Shown in pieces: positions 33,721 to 43,090 of a stretch of 64,000 bases of DNA (position 1 is its first letter; the number at the start of each line of letters is the position of its first letter). The stretch is from the NCBI GenBank assembly GCA_963742975.1, contig CAVUNZ010000025.1, forward strand, positions 20,230 through 84,229. The letters are read 5' to 3'. The DNA is from an uncultured Alphaproteobacteria bacterium (GTDB lineage: Bacteria; Pseudomonadota; Alphaproteobacteria; Rhizobiales; Xanthobacteraceae). The notes beneath the pieces were generated by a model. That model worked only from the letters and a program-made list of their open reading frames with translations, made no database searches and was not told the DNA's origin. Position numbers and translations under genes: made by a program.

Positions 33721-34245
33721 ATGGCGACCAAAGAAGCTCAATCTGAAACCGAAGTCGACGACGACGACGACGACGACGACAAGGCACCAGCCGAAAAGCG
33801 CAAGCTTCCGCTCAAGCTGATCGCCATGGCGGTTGGCGGGCTCGTCGTTCTCGGCGGCGTCGGCTGGGGCACCTACCACTTCCTGTTCGCCGGCAGGAGC
33901 GACATGGCGGCGGCGGCCCCGGCGCAGATCAAGCCGCCGGCCTTCCTCGACATGCCGGAAGTCCTGGTCAATCTGTCGACCGCCGGCGGCAACGAGCGCA
34001 CCCAATATCTGAAGGTGAAGGTGGTCCTCGAATTGCCGGACCAGGAAATGTCGGCGCAGATCCAGCCGGTCATGCCGCGGCTGATGGATACGTTTCAGAC
34101 CTATCTGCGCGAATTGCGTCCCACCGATCTTGACGGCTCCGCCGGGCTCTACCGGCTCAAGGAGGAATTGACGCGTCGCGTCAACGCCGCCATCGCGCCG
34201 AGCCACATCAACGCCGTTCTGTTCAAGGAAATCGTCGTTCAGTGA
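33721..34245 (+). CDS. fliL: flagellar basal body-associated protein FliL
   Basis: Acidic N-terminus, a single TM segment, then ..FLDMPEVLVNLS..YLKVKVVLEL.. Confidence 0.85.
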   Translation: MATKEAQSETEVDDDDDDDDKAPAEKRKLPLKLIAMAVGGLVVLGGVGWGTYHFLFAGRSDMAAAAPAQIKPPAFLDMPEVLVNLSTAGGNERTQYLKVKVVLELPDQEMSAQIQPVMPRLMDTFQTYLRELRPTDLDGSAGLYRLKEELTRRVNAAIAPSHINAVLFKEIVVQ

Positions 34246-34286
34246 CGGACAGAGTTTGCGAATTCAAGTCTTGAGAATTTACGCCA

Positions 34287-35504
34287 ATGGCTGAGAAGGA
34301 CCAGATCGACCACGATGCGCTCGCCGCCGAGTGGGGCGTGGCGCTTGAGGCCGAACAGAACCCCGCGGACGCAAACGAGGGCAGGGCGGAGACGGCGACC
34401 GCTACCACCGCGGATGAAGTAGCCTCGCAATGGGGCGCGGCGATGTCCGCCGAAGACAGCCACTTCATGCAGGCTAGTAAAGGCGGCGCCGAACGTGTTC
34501 TGACACAAGAAGAAATCAACTCGCTGCTCGGTTTCAGCCTGACCGATATTTCGCTCAACGATAATTCCGGCATCCGCGCGATCATCAACTCGGCGATGGT
34601 CTCTTACGAGCGCCTGCCGATGCTGGAAATCGTGTTCGACCGGCTGGTCCGGTTGATGACGACCAGCCTGCGCAATTTCACGTCCGACAACGTCGAAGTC
34701 TCGCTCGACCGCATCACCTCGGTGCGGTTCGGCGATTATCTCAATTCGATCCCGCTGCCGGCGATCCTCGCGGTGTTCAAGGCGGAGGAGTGGGAGAATT
34801 TCGGCCTTGCCACCGTCAATTCGAGCCTGATCTATTCGATCATCGATGTGCTGCTCGGCGGCCGCCGAGGCCAGACCACGATCCGCATCGAGGGCCGGCC
34901 GTACACCACGATCGAGACCAATCTCGTCAAGCGCATGATCGAGGTCGTGCTGGCTGATGCCGAGCTCGCGTTCCGGCCGTTGTCGCCGGTCAAATTCAAC
35001 ATCGACCGGCTCGAGACCAATCCGCGCTTTGCCGCCATTTCGCGGCCGGCCAATGCCGCGATCCTGGTGCGCTTGCGTATCGACATGGAAGATCGCGGCG
35101 GCACGATCGAGCTCTTGCTGCCTTACGCCACCATCGAACCGATCCGCGACGTGCTGTTGCAGATGTTCATGGGCGAGAAGTTCGGCCGCGATGCGACCTG
35201 GGAAGGCCATCTGGCGACCGAACTGGCGCAGGCCGAAATCTCAGTTGACGCAGTGCTTTACGAGGCGAAATTGCCGCTCCACCAGATTATGAAGCTCGAT
35301 GTCGGCGACACGCTGATGCTCGAATTGAAATCGGACGCGCCGGTGATCGTGCGCTGCGGCGATGTCACCTTGACCGAAGGACGCATGGGGCGGGTCGGCG
35401 ACCGCGTCGCCGTGCGCGTCAACCGACCCCTGCGCAAGCCCAACATGACCTTCGCCATGTTCGAGGCATCAGGCGGGTCGAGCAGCCGGATGGAGACACC
35501 ATGA
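34287..35504 (+). CDS. fliM: flagellar motor switch protein FliM
   Basis: LTQEEINSLLGF N-terminal CheY-P binding-type motif and a SpoA-like C-terminus; 405 aa. Confidence 0.9.
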   Translation: MAEKDQIDHDALAAEWGVALEAEQNPADANEGRAETATATTADEVASQWGAAMSAEDSHFMQASKGGAERVLTQEEINSLLGFSLTDISLNDNSGIRAIINSAMVSYERLPMLEIVFDRLVRLMTTSLRNFTSDNVEVSLDRITSVRFGDYLNSIPLPAILAVFKAEEWENFGLATVNSSLIYSIIDVLLGGRRGQTTIRIEGRPYTTIETNLVKRMIEVVLADAELAFRPLSPVKFNIDRLETNPRFAAISRPANAAILVRLRIDMEDRGGTIELLLPYATIEPIRDVLLQMFMGEKFGRDATWEGHLATELAQAEISVDAVLYEAKLPLHQIMKLDVGDTLMLELKSDAPVIVRCGDVTLTEGRMGRVGDRVAVRVNRPLRKPNMTFAMFEASGGSSSRMETP

Positions 35505-36022
35505 ACCAAAGTATCGGAATGATCATCGATTGCGTGGTCGCGATCCTGCTCGTGATGACAATCGGTTATTGCATGATGCTCAACCGCAGGCTCAAGCTGC
35601 TCAAGGCCGACGAGCAGTCATTGCGCGCGACGATTTCCGAGCTTGTGACGGCGACCGAAATCGCCGAGCGCGCCATCGGCGGATTGAAGATCACCGTCCA
35701 TGAATGCGACATGGGATTGGGCGAGCGGCTGCGCAAAGCCGAGCGCCTCGCCGGCGATATCGACCGCGCCATGGTGTCCGGCAAGGACCTGATCAGCCGG
35801 CTGTCGCAAATCGTCAGCGCAGGCCGGCGCGCCGATGAGCTGGCGCTTGCCGAGACGCGCGACGCCGCGAAATTCACGGCCAAGAGTGAAACCAAGACCG
35901 AGAGCAAGACAGCCGCCAGCGAAGTCAGGACCGGTCTGAAGATCGATCCGAGAGCCGTGGCCGCTGCGGCGGAAGCCTTTGCCGAGCGGTTGCGCATGAA
36001 GGTCCATGGTCTCGCGGCATGA
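35501..36022 (+). CDS. small membrane-anchored coiled-coil protein (DUF6468-like), flagellar operon member
   Basis: ATGA overlaps with the fliM stop and with the next gene. N-terminal TM segment IIDCVVAILLVMTIGYCMML, then a helical region. Confidence 0.5.
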   Translation: MNQSIGMIIDCVVAILLVMTIGYCMMLNRRLKLLKADEQSLRATISELVTATEIAERAIGGLKITVHECDMGLGERLRKAERLAGDIDRAMVSGKDLISRLSQIVSAGRRADELALAETRDAAKFTAKSETKTESKTAASEVRTGLKIDPRAVAAAAEAFAERLRMKVHGLAA

Positions 36023-36930
36023 TGCGGTTCGTTCGCGATCTGCGGCTTATTCCAATTGCGCTGATCGCGAGTGCCTGTCTGCTCGCGCTCAAGACGGCTG
36101 ACCTCGTTCTCGACAGCGGCTATTTCTTTGCCGCCGACAATATCAATTTCGATGGTGGCGACGCCCAGTTGGTCCGCAGGGGCTCGGGCACGATAGGACC
36201 GCCTGACTCCTGGGCCAAGCAGATGTTCAATTTCCCCGACGGGAAGGGCACTGCTGTGCCGCAGGGCCTGCCGCAGATCATGCCGCGGCGTGCCAACAAC
36301 GCGGTCGTCATCGACAGAGACAATCCGGATATTACCGGCTCCGTTACCGCGCCGCCGGCGAACGGCGCTAAGCCCGACGCCGCGGGTGCCAAGGATGCCA
36401 AGGCAGAGCCCAGCGATCCGCCTCCCGCGCCGCCAGGCCGCATCATTCCGACCGAAGGACCGGTCCCCACCGGCGCCGAGCGCGCCATTCTCGAACGCCT
36501 GCAGCAGCGCCGCGAGGAGATCGACACCCGCGCCCGCGAGCTCGATCTGCGCGAAAGCCTTATTCAAAACGCCGAGAAGCGGATGGATTCGCGGATCGAC
36601 GAACTCAAAGGCGTCGAGTCCCGCATCAAAACCGAAACCGAGCAGAAGAGCGAGACGCAGGATGCGCGCCTCAAGAGCCTCATCACGATCTATGAGAACA
36701 TGAAGCCGCGCGACGCCGCAAAAATCTTCAATGGTCTCGAAGACAGCGTCCTCATCGAAGTCGCCGCCAAGATCAATCCGCGCACCATGGCCGAAATTCT
36801 GGCGCTGATGCAGGCCGATGTCGCCCAGCGCCTGACCGTGGAGCTTGCGAGCAAAGCGCAGCAGGCGCCGCAACCCGGCGGCGGCCCGGGCGATCTGCCG
36901 AAGATCGACGGCCAGCCGACGGCGAAATAG
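36019..36930 (+). CDS. motE: MotE-like / MgtE-N (FlbB) domain periplasmic flagellar protein
   Basis: Signal anchor, a Pro-rich linker, a coiled coil, then ..YENMKPRDAAKIFNGLEDSVLIEVAAKINPRTMAEILALM. Confidence 0.6.
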   Translation: MMRFVRDLRLIPIALIASACLLALKTADLVLDSGYFFAADNINFDGGDAQLVRRGSGTIGPPDSWAKQMFNFPDGKGTAVPQGLPQIMPRRANNAVVIDRDNPDITGSVTAPPANGAKPDAAGAKDAKAEPSDPPPAPPGRIIPTEGPVPTGAERAILERLQQRREEIDTRARELDLRESLIQNAEKRMDSRIDELKGVESRIKTETEQKSETQDARLKSLITIYENMKPRDAAKIFNGLEDSVLIEVAAKINPRTMAEILALMQADVAQRLTVELASKAQQAPQPGGGPGDLPKIDGQPTAK

Positions 36931-36951
36931 CGGCCGGATCTGAGTCCGCTT

Positions 36952-37896
36952 TTAAATCCAATCTTTCCACTTGAACCAGAGCAGCGGCAACAATGCCGTG
37001 ATCAAGATCATCGCCAGGGCGTAGGGATAGCCCCACGACCAGTCGTATTCGGGCATGTATTTGAAATTCATGCCGTAGATGCCGACCACCAGAACCGGTG
37101 GGATGCCGACCACCGACGCGATAGTCAGCACCTTCATCACGTCGTTCTGGTCGATATTGATGATGCCGGTCGCCGCGTCCTGCAAGAGCTGCACCCGGCT
37201 GACCAGACCTTCGGCGAATTGCACCAGCGAAGCGATGTCGGACGACACCGCTTGGAGATCGGCGCAAAGATTATGCGCGATCCAGTCGCGGCCGCGCTCC
37301 TGGGAGAATTTGGCCATGCGGTCGAGACAGACCAACGTGTAATGGATGCGCGCCATCCGCTCGCTGGTGCGGCCGGTGCGGATCATGAGCTGGCGCAGCA
37401 TCGCGGTCTCGTGCGAAAGCTTGGCGCGCTTGCCAGGCCGGAAGATGACATGCGAGGCGTCATCGAGATCGACGCCGCTGCCTTCCAGGAGATCGGCGGC
37501 GTGATCGACCAGTTCTTCGAGAATGCGGACGAAAGCGAGCGCCGGCTCGAAGGTTTCATGGCCGCTGATCTCCTTGACCACGCTGTCGAAGAACGGCGAC
37601 GGCACATAGCGCACGGTCAACAGAACGTGTTTGGCGAGCACGAAACCCGCCGGTGTCGGGATCCAAACCTCGTTGGCTTGGGAGAGGATCAGCGGCGCCG
37701 TCATATAGAGCGTGCCGTCCTCGACTTGCAGTCGGCTTGAAGCCTCGATCTCGCCGAGATCTTCGCGCGTCGGCACGCGCAGCCCGAAGGTCTTTGCCAC
37801 CCGCGCGCGTTCTTCCTCGCTCGGATCGACGAGGTCGATCCAGGTGCATTGCGACATCGCGCTCTCGGCGTGATGGACTGGGAAAGTGCGGAGCAT
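36952..37896 (-). CDS. corA: CorA family magnesium/cobalt transporter
   Basis: YGMNF (GMN motif) followed by two C-terminal TM segments; 314 aa. Confidence 0.9.
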   Translation of the reverse strand: MLRTFPVHHAESAMSQCTWIDLVDPSEEERARVAKTFGLRVPTREDLGEIEASSRLQVEDGTLYMTAPLILSQANEVWIPTPAGFVLAKHVLLTVRYVPSPFFDSVVKEISGHETFEPALAFVRILEELVDHAADLLEGSGVDLDDASHVIFRPGKRAKLSHETAMLRQLMIRTGRTSERMARIHYTLVCLDRMAKFSQERGRDWIAHNLCADLQAVSSDIASLVQFAEGLVSRVQLLQDAATGIINIDQNDVMKVLTIASVVGIPPVLVVGIYGMNFKYMPEYDWSWGYPYALAMILITALLPLLWFKWKDWI

Positions 37897-37937
37897 GAAA
37901 CCTCGTTGCGGGTTGGCGCTGCGGTCGATTTCTCATT

Positions 37938-37988
37938 GTGCATGATCGTTTCCCAAAGCCGGCTGCGACTGTTTGGGATCATGCTCAG
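37938..37988. repeat. short copy of the palindromic MITE/REP core
   Basis: GTGCATGATCGTTTCCCAAAGCCGG..GTTTGGGATCATGCTCAG. Confidence 0.7.
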
Positions 37989-38133
37989 GGCATCGCCATA
38001 GCACGGCGCAGGGACCTGAACGACGCTTCGGCTTCGCACCCGTTAGGCGGGCTTTGAACCCCAATTTACGGGCGTTGGACGCAGCCATTCCAGTGGCCGC
38101 AAAGTGGAACTGTAAGCGTTTGAATTGATTGGA

Positions 38134-38148
38134 TTAAGGCGCCATTAA
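38134..38148 (+). promoter_or_regulatory. perfect CtrA box TTAA-N7-TTAA upstream of the 1354-aa gene
   Basis: TTAAGGCGCCATTAA. A third CCATTAAG follows at 38166-38173. The box is about 120 nt upstream of ATG 38268. Confidence 0.5.
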
Positions 38149-38267
38149 GCACGACTGCTAAGCCGCCATTAAGTACGCCCGCCTATCGTGGACAGCGGGC
38201 TGACGTCGGGGCGGCGCTATGGCCGCGTGGCGTCGTTGTGTTGTGTCGAGTGAGTTCCGAGTCCTGT

Positions 38268-41200
38268 ATGGCGTGCGGTCGCACCATCACGAATGTTGGC
38301 CTTCGCCTGTCATCGTATTTTTGGCGTTGCATCAGGTCGGCTGCCGCTTTCGCGCTTTTGACCGCTATCGCGGTGGCGCCTGCGGCAGCGGCGCCGCCGA
38401 AGGCGCCGGTGAAGGCCACGCTCGCCGTTACAGTGAGCGACGGCTATGCGCGCCTCGTCTTCACCGCCGGCGAATATATCGAGGCCACGACCAAAGTCGC
38501 CGGCCATGTGCTGATCATCACCTTTAAGCAGCCGATCGATGTGGCCGTGGATCGCGTGCCCGAGCTTGCTTCCGATTATGTCGGCGCGGCGCGGCGCGAC
38601 CCCGACGGTACGGCGATCCGCATGGCGCTGTCGCAAGAAGTTACCGTGAACCCGATGGACGCCGGCGAAAAGCTGTTCGTCGATCTTTTGCCGTCGTCGT
38701 GGACCGGACCGCCGCCGGGGCTGCCGCAGGACGTCGTTACCGAGCTCGCCCGCCGCGCCCGTGAAGCCGAGCGGCAATTGCAGCGCCAGCGCGAGCTGAC
38801 GCAGGCGAAATATGTGGCGCCGATCCGCGTTCATGTCGCGAGCCTGCCGACTTTCACCCGATACGTCTTCGACGTGACCGGCGAGACCGCGGTGGCCGCC
38901 GATCGCTCCAAGGATCGCCTGGTCCTGAATTTCGACGCGCCCTTGACCTTCGATCTCGCCGACGCTCAAGCGGCGCTGCCGAACGGCGTGCAGGCGATCG
39001 ACGGCGAAATCGATAAGGACTCCTCGCTGGTGCGCTTTGTGTTCAGTGCGAGTCTCGACCTGCGCACGTTCCGCGACGAGAACGGCTATGTGGTCGATGT
39101 CGTAAAGTCAGACGATGCAGCGGCGCGTGGTGCGGCGCCGGCGCCGAAATCGGCAAATGGCGGCCCGCCAAGTCCGGAAGCCGCGGCCGCGGCCGTCAAT
39201 GCCGCAGCGGCCGGCCAGAAGCCCGCGCAGCCGGTGGAGCCACCGTCGCCACGTCGCGCCGGCCAGTCGAGCGCTTTACCTAATCCGGCGGCATTTGCAT
39301 TGGCGCAAGGCATCGTCATGCCGTCGGCGCAACCTGTGCCGACGCCCGCGCCGCCTATGCCCGCAGCTCCTCCCGTTGCGCAATCGGCGCCGATAGTGCC
39401 GCCTGCGCCGCGACAACCGGCATCACCTGTCGCGCAATCAGCGTCCCCTGTGCTGCCGTCGGCGGGGCAGGTCGCCGCCGCGCCAATGCCGCAACCGGCC
39501 GCACAAGCTGCGCCCGTTCCGGCTCAGCAAGCTGCCGCACCGCAAGTTGCAGCACCGGCCGCAGCAGAAGCTGCATCGCAGCCCGCGTCTGCACCGCCGC
39601 AAACAACCGCGCCGCCGCCTCTCGCGCCATCGACGCCGCCACCTGTCGCGACAGCGCCACCTGCGCCGCCATCCGGCGCATCGGCCGCTGCCCTTGCCGC
39701 TGCCGACGCGGTCGCCAATAAACCGGCGGAGGCTCCGGCGCCGCAAGCTGCGACTGCGCCGCGCAACATTGCGCCCGGTGCCATCGGCGTCGAGCTTGGG
39801 CGCGACGGCGCCAACCTGAAGGTGTCGTTTCCGTTCAAGACCGCCGTTCCGGTCGCGGTCTTCCATCGCGCCGACATGCTCTGGATCGTATTCGATTCCA
39901 AGGCCAATATGGATTTGACCGCGCTTGACAACGAGCCGACGCGGACAATTCGCAGCTACACCTTCACCCACGCCGGTGACGCCGATGTCGTGCGGTTGAA
40001 GCTTGACCGTCCGCACCTCTCCAGCGCCAGCGCCGACGGCGCGGTATGGACCCTGGAGATCGGCGATTCCGTTCTCGAGCCGCCGCACGCCCTCGAAGTC
40101 ACCCGCAACATCATCGTGCCCAACAGGTCAAGTGCCTCGATCGGCTTCGAGGAGCCGCAACATGTGCACCGGCTCACCGATCCGGAGCTCGGCGACAAGC
40201 TTCTCGTCGTCACCGGCTTTGCGCCCGAGCGCGGCTTCATCAATACGCAGGAATTCATCGAATTCCGCGCGCTTGCCTCCACGCAAGGCGTTGTCATCGA
40301 GCCGCTTGCCGACGACATCGAGGTCAATCTGTCGCTCGACAAGATCGTGGTCGAACGTCCGTCCGGTCTGACACTGTCGCCGGGGCTGCAGACCCTGTTG
40401 CACGGCCGCAATGGACGGCCGTTGACATTCGATTCCCAGATCTGGGGTTCCGATCGCGAAGGGTCCTATGTCAATCGGCAAGCAAGCCTGATCAATGCCG
40501 CGGCCCAGGCGCCGGAAAGCAAACGCATGACGCCGCGGCTCAATCTGGCGCGCTTTTATCTTGCCCGCGACATGTATCCGGAGGCCAAGGGCGTGCTCGA
40601 CGTCGCGCTCACCGCCGATAAACAGGCCTCCGAGAACGCCTCAGCCATCGTGCTGCGCGCCATCGCCGAAGTAATGATGAACCGCCCCGACGACGCGCTG
40701 CACGACCTGTCCAATACCTCGGTCGGCGAACAGCACGACGCGCCGTTGTGGCGCGCGCTCGCTTTTTCGGAGCAAGGTCAATGGGCGAGGGCGCGTCAAG
40801 GATTCAAGAGCGTGGAAGCGGCGGTCGCGACTTTGCCGGTCGAATTGCAGCGCATCGCGCTGTTGGACGAGATGCGCTCGGCGATCGAGGTGGGCGATTT
40901 CGACGGCGCCGCGGCCGACCTCAACGATTTTCAGACCATCGGGGTGCCGCACGACCTGCAGCCGATGCTTGCCGTGCTGATGGGTCGGCTCGACGAGGGC
41001 ATGGGGCGTAGCGAGGACGCGCTCTCGGCCTATCGCGCGGCGGCGGATTCCTGGGACCGCCCGTCCGCGGCGCAGGGGCGGCTGCGCGAAACGCTATTGC
41101 GGTTCACGCAAGGCGACATGAAGCGCGACGAGGTGATTTCCACGCTCGAATCGCTCACCACCATCTGGCGCGGCGACGAGACCGAGATCGAGGCGCTGAA

Positions 41201-42332
41201 AGTGCTGGCTCACTGCTATACCGAGGAGGGCCGCTATCGCGACGCCTTCTACGTGATGCGCAGCGCCATGGCGTCGCACCCCAATTCGGCGATGACGCGG
41301 CAGATTCAGGACGAGGCGGCGGCGACCTTCGACTCGCTGTTCCTCGCCGGCAAGGGCGATTCCATGCCGCCGATCGACGCGCTGGCGCTGTTCTACGACT
41401 TCCGCGAATTGACGCCGGTCGGCAGCCGCGGCGACGAGATGATCCGGCGGCTCGCCGACCGTCTCGCTGCGGTCGACCTGCTCGATCAGGCGTCCGATCT
41501 TCTGCAATATCAGGTCGATCACCGCCTGCAGGGCGCCGCGCGCGCTCAGGTCGCGACGCGGCTGGCGGTGGTCTATCTTATGAACAAGAAGCCCGACCGG
41601 GCGCTGGCAGTGCTGCGCGGCACGCGCGCGGCCAATGTATCCGACGAGTTGCGCAATCAGCGCCTGCTGCTCGAGGGCCGCGCACTGTCCGACACCGGCC
41701 GGCCCGATCTCGCGCTCGAAGTGATCGCCAATCTCGACGGCCGCGAGGTGACGCGGCTGCGCGCCGATATTCTGTGGTCGGCGAAGCGCTGGGACGAATT
41801 GGCCGAGCAGATCGAGCTGATGTATGGCGATCGCTACAAGGATTTCACGCCGCTCTCCGACGTCGAGCAGCAGGACATATTGCGCGCCGAAATCGGCTAT
41901 GCGCTGTCGAGCGACGCTTTGGGTCTCGCCCGCTTCCGCGAAAAATACGCAGCTAAAATGGCGGCGACCCCGGATGCGAAAGTGTTCGAGGTCGTCTCGG
42001 CGCCGCTCGGCTCGAGCGGCGACCAGTTCGGCGTGATTGCCAAAGCGGCGACCTCGATCGACACGCTCGACGGCTTCCTGCGCGATATGAAGGCGCGCTA
42101 TCCCGAATCAAGCACGGCGGCATCCGAAGTGTCCGCGCCTGCAGTTGCGGCGCCCGCAGTTTCCGCACCCAGAACTTCGGCTCCCACGGCCACCGTGCCG
42201 GGCACCGCGCCGCCGACGAAGCCCAGGGGGAGCAGCGCGCAGAATACGAAAGTCCCGGCCGCGAAGAAAATTGCGCGCGCTCCGTTAGCGCAGCGTTTCA
42301 ACACTGCGGCGCTCGACAATCACGTCCCGTAG
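38268..42332 (+). CDS. large secreted multi-domain protein: repeated beta domains (AMIN-like?), about 220-aa Pro/Ala-rich linker, C-terminal TPR-like helical repeats
   Basis: Signal peptide ..AAFALLTAIAVAPAAAAP. One uninterrupted 1354-codon frame. Its 3' end overlaps the fliP 3' end by 13 nt. Confidence 0.7.
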   Translation: MACGRTITNVGLRLSSYFWRCIRSAAAFALLTAIAVAPAAAAPPKAPVKATLAVTVSDGYARLVFTAGEYIEATTKVAGHVLIITFKQPIDVAVDRVPELASDYVGAARRDPDGTAIRMALSQEVTVNPMDAGEKLFVDLLPSSWTGPPPGLPQDVVTELARRAREAERQLQRQRELTQAKYVAPIRVHVASLPTFTRYVFDVTGETAVAADRSKDRLVLNFDAPLTFDLADAQAALPNGVQAIDGEIDKDSSLVRFVFSASLDLRTFRDENGYVVDVVKSDDAAARGAAPAPKSANGGPPSPEAAAAAVNAAAAGQKPAQPVEPPSPRRAGQSSALPNPAAFALAQGIVMPSAQPVPTPAPPMPAAPPVAQSAPIVPPAPRQPASPVAQSASPVLPSAGQVAAAPMPQPAAQAAPVPAQQAAAPQVAAPAAAEAASQPASAPPQTTAPPPLAPSTPPPVATAPPAPPSGASAAALAAADAVANKPAEAPAPQAATAPRNIAPGAIGVELGRDGANLKVSFPFKTAVPVAVFHRADMLWIVFDSKANMDLTALDNEPTRTIRSYTFTHAGDADVVRLKLDRPHLSSASADGAVWTLEIGDSVLEPPHALEVTRNIIVPNRSSASIGFEEPQHVHRLTDPELGDKLLVVTGFAPERGFINTQEFIEFRALASTQGVVIEPLADDIEVNLSLDKIVVERPSGLTLSPGLQTLLHGRNGRPLTFDSQIWGSDREGSYVNRQASLINAAAQAPESKRMTPRLNLARFYLARDMYPEAKGVLDVALTADKQASENASAIVLRAIAEVMMNRPDDALHDLSNTSVGEQHDAPLWRALAFSEQGQWARARQGFKSVEAAVATLPVELQRIALLDEMRSAIEVGDFDGAAADLNDFQTIGVPHDLQPMLAVLMGRLDEGMGRSEDALSAYRAAADSWDRPSAAQGRLRETLLRFTQGDMKRDEVISTLESLTTIWRGDETEIEALKVLAHCYTEEGRYRDAFYVMRSAMASHPNSAMTRQIQDEAAATFDSLFLAGKGDSMPPIDALALFYDFRELTPVGSRGDEMIRRLADRLAAVDLLDQASDLLQYQVDHRLQGAARAQVATRLAVVYLMNKKPDRALAVLRGTRAANVSDELRNQRLLLEGRALSDTGRPDLALEVIANLDGREVTRLRADILWSAKRWDELAEQIELMYGDRYKDFTPLSDVEQQDILRAEIGYALSSDALGLARFREKYAAKMAATPDAKVFEVVSAPLGSSGDQFGVIAKAATSIDTLDGFLRDMKARYPESSTAASEVSAPAVAAPAVSAPRTSAPTATVPGTAPPTKPRGSSAQNTKVPAAKKIARAPLAQRFNTAALDNHVP

Positions 42333-43090
42333 CTTTGGATCAGCGAGCCGGCGACCAAGGTCCAGCCGTCCACCAGGACGAAAAAGATCAGCTTGAACGG
42401 CAGTGACACCACGACCGGCGGCAACATCATCATGCCCATCGACATCAGGACCGAGGCGACGACCAGGTCGATGATGAGGAACGGCAGGAACAGCAGGAAG
42501 CCGATCTCGAAGGCGCGCCGCAATTCGGAAATCATGAAGGCCGGGATGAGAATGCGCATGGACATATCTTCCGGCTTGTCCGGCGTCTTTTCGCCGGACA
42601 TGTCCATGAACAATTGCAGATCCTTCTCGCGGACGTTCTTCTCCATGAAGCCGCGCAGCGGCACGCTGGCGCGATCGAAGGCCTCGTTGACGGTGATCTG
42701 GTTGTTGACGAGCGGCTGGATGCCGACGTCATAGACCTTGGTCAGGACCGGTCCCATCACGAAGGCGGTCAGAAACAAAGCAAGCGAGATGACGACCGAG
42801 TTCGGCGGCGCCGTCGCCGTGCCGAGCGCGGTGCGCAGCAGCGACAGCACGACGACGATCCGCGTGAACGACGTCATCATGATGAGGATGGACGGCGCCA
42901 GCGACAGCACTGTCAGCAGCGCGATCAGTTGAATGACGCGCTCGTTCAGTCCACCGCCGCCGGCGGTGCCCTGGCCGAAATTGATGCTGATATCCTGCGC
43001 GGCGAGCGGCGTCGCCGAGAACAAAAGAACCGCTACAGAGGCCGCTACGGTTATGAACCGAACGCGGCGGCCTCCTAACGCGAGCGTCAA
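42320..43090 (-). CDS. fliP: flagellar type III export pore protein FliP
   Basis: Signal peptide plus ..LTVLSLAPSILIMMTSFTRIVVVLSLLR..PNSV... The TTG start overlaps the fliO stop. Confidence 0.95.
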   Translation of the reverse strand: MTLALGGRRVRFITVAASVAVLLFSATPLAAQDISINFGQGTAGGGGLNERVIQLIALLTVLSLAPSILIMMTSFTRIVVVLSLLRTALGTATAPPNSVVISLALFLTAFVMGPVLTKVYDVGIQPLVNNQITVNEAFDRASVPLRGFMEKNVREKDLQLFMDMSGEKTPDKPEDMSMRILIPAFMISELRRAFEIGFLLFLPFLIIDLVVASVLMSMGMMMLPPVVVSLPFKLIFFVLVDGWTLVAGSLIQSYGT

